DNA of 64,000 bases from Octopus sinensis (lineage: Eukaryota). The stretch is taken from assembly GCF_006345805.1 (NCBI RefSeq), contig NC_042999.1, positions 90,830,001-90,894,000 on the forward strand. Reading direction: 5' to 3'. Numbering within the stretch: position 1 is the first letter of the stretch; the number at the start of each line of letters is the position of its first letter. Below are positions 1 to 12,018 of this stretch, piece after piece. The position numbers and the translations under genes were made by a program. Under the pieces are notes generated by a model. That model was not told the origin of the DNA. It saw only the letters and a program-made list of their open reading frames with translations, and did no database searches.

Positions 1-359
1 GTGTTTGTGTGCGTGTATGTGCGCGTGGGCATGCGCGTGTGCGTCTCACGCTAGGATTTATGCCTGTGTCTGTATTGTTTCAGAGGATGTATTATTGGAG
101 AGGATGTATTAGTGAGAAAAATATTAATTATATTTATTTATATGTGTCAAGTTATTCTATTTCTCTCACTGCCACCCTCTCTTTCTATCATTCTATCTAT
201 CTTTATTTTCCTGTCTATCTATGTGTGTGGGTGAGCATATGTGTGTGTTTGTGTATGTCTGGTACATGAATAAACTTGTATCAAACATAACTATTCCATG
301 CATGAATTTTGTATATGTTTATGGATATGTATATATGGACACAGACACATACACAAACA

Positions 360-364
360 CATGC

Positions 365-395
<31 letters not shown>

Positions 396-447
396 ATATA
401 CATATATGCACACTTCCATATACATACATACATATATGTGTATATTC

Positions 448-518
<71 letters not shown>

Positions 519-566
519 TATATGTATAGGTAAGTATGTATGAAACATACATACATATATGTGTAT

Positions 567-631
<65 letters not shown>

Positions 632-650
632 ATATATATATATTGATGTG
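360..650. repeat. (TA)n/(TACA)n microsatellite tract
   Basis: Long dinucleotide runs visible directly; source of the IYIY ORFs. Confidence 0.95.
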
Positions 651-1175
651 TTTGTGTGTATATGAGTCCATATGTGTTGTATACATGCATATGTATAAGA
701 AAAAAGTGGCAAAAAGAAATATTCTCTTGAAAATATCCGGATGGACACAGAACGTCTGAAAGCGCACCACATCTGACTTCGTTGACATTTCACAAACACT
801 CACTTACTTGCTTTTTGCAATTGATTTAATGCCAACGATTCATTTAATGAGGCTTCAGTAATGATGGAAAATTGATCTCAGAACGCAAGTAGCCTAAATA
901 CATATCGAAAGGCATCTCCGTCTTATGGTTTAACAGTTAAAGATGCACGCATCATTCTGGTTTCTTATTAATTCACTCCCGAAAAGATGCAGCAGGCTTG
1001 ATAATTGTTGAGAGATTTCTCTCGACATGAAACGAACTGTAGCCTTGTTAACCCACAAAAAAAAAACATGATCCACGAATGTGGCGTTGAGCACTCATTC
1101 ACTCTATTCGATATCAACGTTTGTATATATATAACGTTTGTCCAATGCCCTCAAGACTCAGCCGGCTCACCACTT

Positions 1176-1185
1176 AATAATAATA

Positions 1186-1235
<50 letters not shown>

Positions 1236-1237
1236 GG
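1176..1237. repeat. (TAA)n microsatellite
   Basis: Direct trinucleotide run. Confidence 0.95.
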
Positions 1238-2127
1238 TTTTTCAAACATAAACACAAGGCTTGAAAAGTTGTGAGATGGTATTTGTCAGTACCACCAACC
1301 ATCAACACCCTTGAAAAGAAAAAAAAAAAAAAAAAAAAAAAAAATTTTTTTTTAAAGGTTACTCAACCATTTTACCATTTTAGAATTTCGTTTCATACCA
1401 CCACCCTCCACACACAACCACCTTCTCATCAGATTTCACTAATATATATATATGATGGACTCTCCCGTTCGTCAATTTCTTCCCGAACAACCGCACAGAA
1501 GATTGGTTTGTGTAGACATAAGCTCACTCCCTCCATCAGATCGACAGATGCAGCGGGTGCCACATGTCAGATGCCGAAATGATCGCAGAACAACGTGAAT
1601 ATGAAGTGCTTTGCTCAAGAACACTAAGTCATGCGCCTTCACACGCACCCATTTCCCCCCACACACATTGTAATGTTGATAATATTCTCTATAAGTACCC
1701 GAAGTTTTTTTCTGATCAGCGATTGTTGGCAAATGACAGATATGAACCTCACCACTACATCAAATATTTATACACATGTTCCGTACTGGGTATTTCTACT
1801 TTTGGTTCTAAATTTAAACGTGAATACATACACCGATACTTACAAGCTATGTGTATTACATACATGTGTGTGGGGTGGATGGGGGGTGTATGTGTCTGAG
1901 TATGAATGTGTATAGGGTGGTACGTAACATTATCGATCCGGTCAACAATTTTTAGGAAAAACTGGCTGAGACAAATGAGTTCCTTGCTGGAAAGTAACCT
2001 GAATTAGAGTGCTGAAGGGAAAATAAAATTTGAAAGTGAAAGAGTATGCAAGTGTAGAAAAATGCATGTATGTAAGCACGCATACTCACAAACACACAAA
2101 TACTCAAGTACGTAAATGCATGCATAT

Positions 2128-2180
<53 letters not shown>

Positions 2181-2761
2181 ATACAATTATACATACAGGC
2201 ACATATATGCGCAAACAAAAATAATATATAAGACGCACAAACTCGCGTTTGCGCAAGGACACGTTAAAACTACTAAGTGCTTATTTTTACCGGTATATTT
2301 TCACTTATAAATAAAACGTACAGTGAAAGGAAAAAATATTCAGGACACCGATAAAGTAGGTTATTTATCATATCGTCGAATATAGACATACATTCACATA
2401 TAAACCCACGCAATCATCAATGTTCGCACACAGGCATACAAACATAAAAATATAACATTCACATGCACATATAGCTATTGCCATACATATACATAGTAGA
2501 TAGATAATTATGAACACAGACACTACAATTTTAGCTTCTATAAAAGAGATGTTTAATCTACGAGAGAGCATAATGCGTATGCATTTATATAGATATATTT
2601 ATATGAATATTGCTTGTGTGAATATACATTGATATTGTATGTGTATATATGTAGATATTGTATGTGTGTGTATACAGATACTCACTCAAACATACATATA
2701 GATATACATAATGCAAACTATACATATATATGTGTATGTGTGTGTATAAATGGAGTTATTT

Positions 2762-3440
2762 TATTCCAAACACTCATGTTCTTGCATCTGTAGGCATCAC
2801 CTCAATCAAAGCTATGATTTTGAGACACCAAATGAGATGGGGTGGCCATATTGTTCGAATGGCGGATGAGCGCATACCCAAACAACTGTTTTATGGTGAG
2901 CTTCCAGAGGGGAAACACTATCGGTGTAAACCTAAAAAACAGTTTAAGGGCGGCATAAAGACTACTATGAGGTCACTTGGAATGGAACCAGAGGACATAG
3001 AAGCCCTTGCTTTGGATCGAGCTGGATGGCGAACAAAAGTGTGGAGTGGAGTGAAACCGTTTGAAGAGACCAGGATAACGCATGCAATATTCAAAAGAGA
3101 TTTCAGGAAGAATGTTAGATCGAGGTGAATCACAATGAGTTTTTTGTGCGAACAGTTTGTAACAAACCATGCCTTTCTTTTGCTGTGTTCAAATCTCATT
3201 TGCAAACCCATGGAAAACGAACCTCCAACATCTATTTTGCCTATATGTCTGTGCACACATTTGAAGGCAATGTATGCCAGAAGGTTTACAAATCTAACGG
3301 AGGCCTCAAAAGATATTTTAAGATCTACAAAGATCAGAACTTATCTGCAGCTCTTGATGTTTCAAATCGGATATGCAATCTATGTGGGTGTCTTTTCAGA
3401 ACATTGTCTGGTTTAAAAAGCCACATCAGATGTCATGATA
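2762..3440 (+). mobile_element. 5'-truncated RTE-clade LINE 3' end, post-RT domain followed by three C2H2 zinc-finger motifs
   Basis: ORF 2730-3128 has the RTE C-terminal signature MRWGGHIVRMADERIPKQLFYGEL...LDRAGWR; ORF 3125-3457 continues with C2H2-like motifs (VCNKPCLSFAVFKSHLQTH, VCQKVYKSNGGLKR, CNLCGCLFRTLSGLKSHIRCH). Confidence 0.85.
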
Positions 3441-3953
3441 TTTCTAATTGTAGGTAAAATTTACGATGTTACCTTATACTACAAAATAGGAGGACAGAAA
3501 ATCGAAGGCGAAAGCAATAGAACTGGAAGTAGAGAAGACATCAGTGTTACATTGAAAGTAAATGAGACGTTACTCAGCATATTTACATTGTTGTTCAGCA
3601 TTTTCAAGAAAAGTTATTTTTATCCAGTTTGTATTTCACATTGATGCAAACAAGGGATGTATTCCTAAGAAGTATTATAGAAGTATTATCGTGTCCTGAG
3701 ATTATGGAAACTGTTTTGTTCGGCTTCTTCCAAAATATTGGGTAATATATATCATATCATCACGCTAATTTTGGTTGATGGTGGAAATAGTTGTAGTAGA
3801 AAAAGAAGTCTACTAGGAAGAGGAAGGGGTAGAACAGGAGGAAGAAAAGGTTGGAAGGAAGCGAAACTGTCAGTATATATTCCTAAAAAGTATCATCGTG
3901 TTCTGTGAATAAGAGAAATGTTTCGTTAGAATTCTTCCAAAAATATTGGGTGG

Positions 3954-4186
3954 TATTGGATTGTCCGGAAAGTTTATAGTAGCTTTTTTATAGTAGCTTA
4001 CCTTTCGACTTACCCTCCCAGGCACCTCAATTCTGGGAAGAGGGTATTTTCAAATTAAAGGAAAGATGGAGACGCATTGTGCAACAAAATGGTTCATATT
4101 TGGTTCATTAAAAACGTAATGGCAAGTATTTATTGACCTTTTTCTTTCCTTTAAAAATCGGCACGAACTTTCCGGACGACCCAATA
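3954..4186 (+). mobile_element. Internally deleted mariner element (MITE-like)
   Basis: 21-bp terminal inverted repeats (tattggattgtccggaaagtt / aactttccggacgacccaata, 19/21 match) with TA at the right end; the interior encodes a mariner transposase C-terminus FWEEGIFKLKERWRRIVQQNGSY*. Confidence 0.8.
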
Positions 4187-4542
4187 TATACCATATTATC
4201 ACGCTAATATTGGTTGATGGTAGTAGTAGTAGTAGTCATAGAAAAGAAGAAGAAGTAGAAGGAGAGGAAGAAGAAGGAAAAGAAGTGGGGAAAAAGAGGA
4301 GAAGGGAGAAGAGGAGGATAAGCAGGAGTGGGAAAAGAGAGGGCTTGAAAGGAAGCAACGGCTACAAAACTGCCGGTTCGTTTATGGAGTATTATGTAGA
4401 GAAATGTGAACTTATTGTCATGTACGTAGGCATTACACTGCAGCGTTAAAATATGGTAAGAAATTTATAGGTTGTACATCTATGTAATGTAATGCATCAA
4501 AATAAATGTGTGTGTGTGTGTGTGTGTGTGCATGCGTGTGTG

Positions 4543-4584
<42 letters not shown>

Positions 4585-4624
4585 AATGTCTACGTGTGAG
4601 TGTGAATGTGCATCCTATTGCCAT

Positions 4625-4723
4625 CACTCTGAAGCAGGAATCGGTTGACAGCATATACTACGTATTCGTTGTTTTAGGTGCTTGTAGTTGGCAGACATTG
4701 GCAATCACTGGACCCTGAGATAG

Positions 4724-4795
<72 letters not shown>

Positions 4796-4960
4796 AAGAG
4801 AGTGAGAGAGAGGGGCAGTAACACTCGGTAGGTACTCATTTTAGTTGAATAGACTGGGACAACTTTGTTTTGAAGAATTAAGCCCACATTCCGCTCCAGA
4901 TATCGAAACCACTATCTTACGAATGCAAGCCCGAGATTCTCTGGACTAGGTCACGCAGTT
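4625..4960 (-). mobile_element. Degenerate tRNA-derived SINE with internal (GATA)n/(GA)n
   Basis: Reverse strand has an A-box-like tgacctagtcc and a B-box-like ggtttcgatatc at the head. Confidence 0.55.
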
Positions 4961-5061
4961 ACACACACACAAAAACACACATCAATATATACGTATACAC
5001 ATATGTTTGTACACACTCGTACAGACAGACACAGACACACGTACACACACATATAATTCAA

Positions 5062-5240
5062 GTTTACTGAAACCAAAAGACGAAGACAGGTGAAGGAACA
5101 ACCAGAAAGTGCATTAGTTTAACGCTCGGGAAGAATAGAAAAGTCTTTGACGTTTCGAACCTAGGCTCTTCAACGGATAGGATTAAGAGGAGAAAGAAAA
5201 CAGAGAGAGAAAAAAATTTGTATGGATTAAGGGTTCAGCA
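5062..5240 (-). mobile_element. Penelope-like terminal (pLTR-type) repeat with hammerhead-like motif
   Basis: Homologous to 33190-33395 and 60590-60820; minus strand reads ccgttgaa-gagcctaggttc-gaaacgtc. Confidence 0.6.
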
Positions 5241-5255
5241 GGATGAAAAACAGAT

Positions 5256-5299
<44 letters not shown>

Positions 5300-6140
5300 A
5301 CACACATATACATACACACATATATACATACACACATACACAATTGCATATATTTATATGCACATGCTCAATTACACTCATATATAAGCATGCATATATA
5401 TACACGTATAGACTCATATACTCACACAAACATCCTCAAATATGTATAATATACTCGATCTTCCAACTATGTGTACAACCGGGAATTACGCTTTAACGAA
5501 TGATCGCTATATCTGTTGGTCAGTTTATCATTCAGTATGTCAAGCTAACAGTCAATCTATTTGTATCATTTTTGTAGTATATTCATGACTGTCAAAACCA
5601 CCAATCAATAAGTATATTGATATATCCGTATATCGGTCTAATGGACCATATAATTAACTTTCTGTCTTACAGTAATGGTACCGCTTTCTATACCCGTGTA
5701 CGATAGGTCTGTAGGTATGTGAGTGTGCGCCTGGATGTGTGAATGTGTCCGTTATAGACTTATGTGTTATTGTGCATGTATAGCGGTAGCGTGTATGGTT
5801 TGTGAAATGAATTTGAGTGTAAAGTGTAAGTGGTGTGTTATGACTGGGTGGAAGTATGTGTAAGGGGAGATAAGGTGAAATTATGTGTGTGTATGTTTGT
5901 AGGTTTAAGGTGATATTCTATGCGTATCAGTGTATATGTGTATTTGTACTGTATGCGTTTCCGTGTCTGGAAATCATGCTGCCAAGAATTCACAACGACG
6001 TCGAACCCACAAAAGTAAACAAGAGAGGCAGAGACAGGCAGAAAGAAGGAAAATACCCCTTGTATTTGTATACTATGCACATATTCTTTTAAAAAGCTTT
6101 TCACTTAATTTTTCCAAAATTTAATTGTTTTCCGTACATA

Positions 6141-6177
6141 CAGTTGAAAAATGTCTCAATGACCGAAACCGGTACTG
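6141..6177 (+). ncRNA. Degenerate minimal type I hammerhead motif
   Basis: CAG-TTGAAAA-atgtctcaatgacc-GAAACCGGTA-CTG: stem I CAG/CTG and palindromic stem III ACCGGT, but the core is mutated from CTGANGA. Confidence 0.45.
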
Positions 6178-6697
6178 AAATGGTTTTTATAAAATTATTT
6201 TATCATTTTCTACTTTTACTTTTTTTCATAGTTAAAACTACCCTACTACTAAAATGTAAACTTATTTGAGCTTATAATTTTGTGTGTATATATATACAGA
6301 TACAATACCAATATTCAACTGAACTTTTAATAATTCTTTCTGGAAACTGTCTTTAACATTTTCTTAAGAATGTAATCTTTTGTGCCCAATATTTTAATGA
6401 ACTTGTTAAACTTTTTTATAATTTCCCAAGATTTTCCCTTGTAAACTGTTCTTAACATGTTTTTATTATCAAAGAATGTATACGTATATTGTAATATTTT
6501 GTGACAACCAGTACCTAACACAATCAAGCTTTTACATGTTACTTTTTCTAAGAAAAGTGAAACCAGTCAAGTAAATAAACATCTTTTAAAATTGCATTTT
6601 CAAACCTTTCTTTCATATATAATTCCACTCGTGCGGTACATTACAACTCCACTTTGTTACATATATATCTATATATATGTATATATATATATAATAT

Positions 6698-6745
<48 letters not shown>

Positions 6746-6765
6746 ATATATATATGTGTGTGTGG

Positions 6766-6796
<31 letters not shown>

Positions 6797-6797
6797 T

Positions 6798-6950
6798 CCA
6801 TCATGTTGGTGTGTTTTTGTCACTGTAACTTAGCAGTTCGGCAAAAGAGGCCTATAGAATAAGTAGTAGGCTTACAAAGAGTAAGTCTTGGGGTCGATTT
6901 GGTGCTCCAGCAATACCGCAGTCAAATGACCGAAACAAATAAAAGAATGA
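6798..6950 (+). mobile_element. Octopus-type SINE 3' half
   Basis: gtaacttagcagttcggcaaaagag...ggtgctccagc...gcagtcaaatgaccgaaac tail shared with 27451, 48088 and 60880. Confidence 0.75.
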
Positions 6951-7004
6951 AACAATATACATACGCACAAATATATACATGCGTGTATATGAGAGAAAAC
7001 ACAG

Positions 7005-7392
7005 AAAAAACGTGTGTACCTATGTGTATGTATGTGCATGAGTGTGTTTTATGTGTATACATACATACAAACATATGTGTGTGTGTGTGTACATATGTAA
7101 TAATATATTTACGTATATATATTTGCATACATATAATGGCAATACTGAATATTATAATTATTTTTTTGAAAGAGAATCACTTACACTGAGTTACCCCATT
7201 GAAAACCTTAATAGAGAAATTTCCTCTAAGTGATTCTCTTTCAAAAAAAATATTATAATATTCAGTATTACCACTATATATATGCAAATAAATGTACGTA
7301 AATATATATGGTTACATATATACAGACACAGACACATTTGTATGTATGTATACACACAAAACACACGCACGCATATAGTCACACGCGTTTTT
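7005..7392. repeat. Imperfect long inverted repeat (arms ~7005-7183 and 7227-7392)
   Basis: caatactgaatattataat...tttttgaaagagaatcactta mirrored by taagtgattctctttcaaaaaaa...attataatattcagtatt; similarity continues through the low-complexity flanks. Confidence 0.8.
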
Positions 7393-8004
7393 GTATGTAT
7401 GTATATATAATTCATGCTGCAGAATATATTTTTAATTTCCTTCTCTCTCTTTGTCTCTTTCATTCTCTCCCACCCACTCTTACAAAGTAAATGTACAACC
7501 AATATGATACTGGCTTACAATACAACCTCACTAAATATTTGTGAAACTCTTTACGTAGCATAAGTCATTTGATATGAATATATGCTACCTTAAGTTCGCA
7601 AGATTTTAGGCCCTGAACGCAAACTTTGAACACGTATCTTTTGTATGCGAGCACACGTAATCACACACATGCACACACATGTAGAGAAAGAGATAGAGAA
7701 AGTGGTAGAGACTGAGAATTGTTAAATATATTTCTAATTTTAATTCAACTCTTTCTAAATCATAAAAAAATAAATTAAAAAGATTAATTTTTACAAATTA
7801 TTTTAATCAAATTTTTATCAGATATTCCTATTTAACTTCAGTTACCATAGTTTCTTTTTAAATTTTGACCATCGTGCATATATCTCTGAGTATTTTGTAA
7901 AGTCTGGAGACATACCTAAACTGCTTCATCTAAAAATTCTAATAAAGCAAATATTACTAACAAGATAAATTCAGATTGCCAATTTTAAAAAGATATATTG
8001 TGCG

Positions 8005-8280
8005 AAAGCGCATAACCTTGTGGTTAGAGCGTAACACTCACAAACTTGCGATTTTCAAACTGGCAACACATTGTGCCGTTGAGCAAAACATTTCATTTCA
8101 GCCCGCCAAACTGTAAACGGCATTCCTGCCCTGGATTAAGTTCCGTTTAGGGGAAGAATATTGGCCTGCCCGCGCTAGCCAACGTGGTAGTAATCATTCG
8201 AAAGCTACAACAATGCCAAGGTGCTCATCGTGGCCAGCGATATTTAACATCTGATAGTTTGATCGATACAGTGATACTGT
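8005..8280 (+). mobile_element. Degenerate tRNA-derived SINE
   Basis: Head accttgtggttagagcg...ttgagcaaaacatttcatttca resembles the SINE heads at 58752 and 14964. Confidence 0.55.
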
Positions 8281-8834
8281 AATGTATGTAATTAATAAGA
8301 ATGAATAATTTCAGCAACATCTACCTCCTTTCTGCAGAGACTTAACAAATGAGTTTATTGAACAATAGATAGCCCAATCAGAGAACTATGAACCTTTATA
8401 CTTAAAGCATAGCGAGAAGCTCTAACGCAGAAGTACTCACTGGGGTGCTATACCTTATTTTGTACAAAATACATAATGATTAGACTGAAAATAATAACTA
8501 CGAAATTCAACGCTTATAAAATATTCTTTGCTATCTAATATGATTGTTTAAAAGTTTACACTAGAATTATTTTTGAAACAGTCTAAAAATCTGTATGTCG
8601 AATCAAATTTAGATTTGTCTAATTAATTGTCTCTTTAATTATGTCTGTACCGATGAAAAAAATAATGTCATAACATTTTTCTCTAAAAATTTTAAGAGAA
8701 TAAATGTAGAAATTAAATCAGATATTAAAATATGGCGTATTATATTTAACTAACAATGAAGGAAAAACTATTAGCATAACTTCTCTACATTCTAAATAAT
8801 CTGAACGATATAAAGTGAGTCACGCTGTTTGTTT

Positions 8835-9055
<221 letters not shown>

Positions 9056-9262
9056 TTTGTATGTATATAATGTATGTATATATCTGTCTGTCTGTCTACC
9101 TAGCTACCAGAAGCACCCTACCCCACACTCACTTGCGTTCATACAAGCGAACACTGCTTTGATATATATATATTTCTCTAATTTATATTTTATATATTTA
9201 TATTGTGAAATTCGATTTAATGCTAAATTGAATTTTTCCCTGTAAGTTTGGAGTTATACTCC

Positions 9263-9319
<57 letters not shown>

Positions 9320-9322
<3 letters not shown>

Positions 9323-9422
9323 TACTTACTCTATCGGTTATTTTTGTCGAACCGCTAGGTTACGGGGACGTAAGCATACCACTATCGGTTGTCAAGCGAA
9401 GGTAGGCAGACAAACACTGACA

Positions 9423-9479
<57 letters not shown>

Positions 9480-9632
9480 CGACGGGACTCTTTCAGTTTC
9501 CGTCTACCAAATCCACTCACAAGGCTTTAGTCGGACCGGGGCTATAGTAAAAGATACTTGCCCAAGTTGTCACATACTGGAACTGAACCCGGAACCATAT
9601 GGTTGGGAGGCAAGCTTCTTACCAAATAGTCA
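9320..9632 (-). mobile_element. Octopus-type SINE with internal (TA)n
   Basis: gccgaaccgctaggttacggggacgtaa-type core plus cagtttccgtctaccaaatccactcacaagg...ggaaccatatggttggg head segment shared with 45610 and 38520. Confidence 0.8.
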
Positions 9633-10934
9633 CTCCTTGTGTGTGTATGTGTGTGTGCGTACATTGGAATGTATATATACAGTGTTTCTTTCTATGCATT
9701 ATGTAAGTAATATTTGTACCCTTTCCTCTATGTGTAAATAAAAGCTTATGTGTGAATGCATGCGTATATATTGGTGAGTCTGGCTGCCTGCCTTCCTGTG
9801 TTTGTGCGTGAATATCTGTGGCTATGCTGACATTCTGGTTGCATAACATTCACTTATGTTTTATATATATATTATATTTGTCTGCATATCTATATGTATA
9901 TAATTATCTGCATATGAACCGGCCTCTAGTAAATTTGCATGCTTGCATGTTGGTAAAAATATACTATTAAGGGTTTCAGTAAATCGGATAAATCAATTTG
10001 CATAAATAATGCATTCTGTCATTCTATACCATGTTTCGAAGGCATTTACGGAATATAACCAGTTCCAAATAAGCTCTCTGTATGTATTTAAACTAATGTG
10101 GCTTATTCCTATGTTTCCGTCTCCGAATAGATTGCACAAAAGGCAAGTTGTTTACATCTGACCTTTGAATGATTTACACACGAGATGCTTAACAAAAATG
10201 TATAAATATATTCTGTAGAACATTAGAATACCAAACTAAAACACTATTAATGCGTCAGTTAATTAATAATCGAATTAACTGCCAAGAATTTATATAATCG
10301 GTTTATTTACATCATTAGATACATAAAAATACACATACATACACAAATACGTACATACATATATATACATATATACATACATACCTGCATACATGCGAAC
10401 GTACATACATATACACATACATATACACATACATATACACATACATACATACATACATACATACATACATACATACATACATACATACATGCATACAGTG
10501 TGTATATATGTATACACCGAACACACATTTATTTGGCTGCATATGTATTGTAGGGATGAGTCAATAGAATCTCATTTGTAAATAATGACTACAAAAACGA
10601 TATGTAACAATGGACACATGTGTAAAATAATATTCTAATCATTTTCAAGGGGTTTATGGTTAATTATGGAGCTTGAAGGTTAGAAAACAATGAAAATATT
10701 AGTAAATAGAGAAAGACAAATACTGCGAATCAATCAATAATAATTAAATGGTAACTATAATTTGAAGAAAGTATTACGTGTAGTTCTTCCATAGAAATTT
10801 ATCTAATTCTATTCATTCGAGTGTATAATTAAAATCTGCCAGAAATTGTTATTATACGTGAATTATATTTGTATGTATCTGTGTACATATATTTAAATAT
10901 GTGCATATTTGTATATGTGTATATCTATCTACCA

Positions 10935-11026
<92 letters not shown>

Positions 11027-11129
11027 GGAATAAACAAATAAATGCGAAACAAGGTGGAAAAAAGAATACTCAAATACAAGAGGTAGAGTAATATGCTTTC
11101 TTTAAAAGCAGCAGAAATATAACAAAAGC

Positions 11130-11470
11130 TATTACTGTATCTTTTCCTAAGAATTGCAATTGCAAAGATGAGACCTCCTGTCTGTTGGAAGGAAAATGTC
11201 TGGAGAAAGGAATTGTGTATAGAGCCAAAGTGCAAATAGGAAGCTCACTTGAATATAGAACTTACACAGCGGCTTCTGAAAATTCTTTCAAGACCCGATT
11301 TTATTCTCATAGAAAGTCCTCCCAATATTCCGAAAACAGGACAAAGAGCAGCCTGGCAAAATATGTCTGGAAATTAAAAGAAAATGAAACCCGGTTTTTC
11401 AACGTGATATGGAGAATTTTAGATAAAACATCACCTTACAGGCACGGTGCACATAAAAGAAGATAGAGTG
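11130..11470 (+). mobile_element. Penelope-like element GIY-YIG endonuclease fragment
   Basis: KNCNCKDETSCLLEGKCLEKGIVYRAKV...YT...ENSFKTRFYSHRKS...SSLAKYVWKLK...WRILDKTSPY matches the Penelope GIY-YIG pattern. Confidence 0.85.
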
Positions 11471-11980
11471 TGCAGATTCGAGGTGAGTACTGTTGGAGAT
11501 AATATCCTCTACATATGAAACATGAATTATATATACATACTTGGTGGAAGTCAACTCATGACCGAGTAAGACGACTTCCTAGACTCAGTAAGTCCGTATC
11601 AACGCTCCCTGAGTCCAAGAAATTTGTGTGCGAAAATTTGTTTTCGGTGGATAAAGATGTACACAGCACTAGAACCACTTTTCTGTGCAATCAACTATAA
11701 AATCAATGGCACAAGAGGTTCTGACGATCAGTTATCAACTGTATTTCAAATTTATTTCATATAAGTTTATCTTCTAGAAAGATGTTCTGATGAGAACTGG
11801 AGGCCCTTTACTCAATTTGGTTCATATGCTATCTAACCGATAGCTGGGACCATAACAGATGGTACCTCCCGGGTCAGACATAGGAACAACAGTGTTTAGA
11901 GATGGTTTCCCACTCCTCAAAACCCTAGAACTCGTGTAGCGGCGCTCCAATACCAGATGCCGTTTAAAGTCATACCTAGG

Positions 11981-12018
<38 letters not shown>

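Noticed and set aside
9-803. Many [12 protein letters not shown] ORFs here and throughout the window
   Set aside because: Translations of microsatellites, not genes
1380-1440. CTGATGA...GAAAC on the minus strand
   Set aside because: No stem II and no NUH triplet with stem I pairing; chance match
3454-3560. Possible plus-strand exon GKIYDVTLYYKIGGQK... after a tag acceptor
   Set aside because: Only vague FN3-like resemblance, weak donor, and no partner exons on that strand
11700-11800. CTGACGA plus a small hairpin and a CTGATGAG downstream of the Penelope GIY-YIG fragment
   Set aside because: No GAAA at the required position; at most a highly decayed terminus
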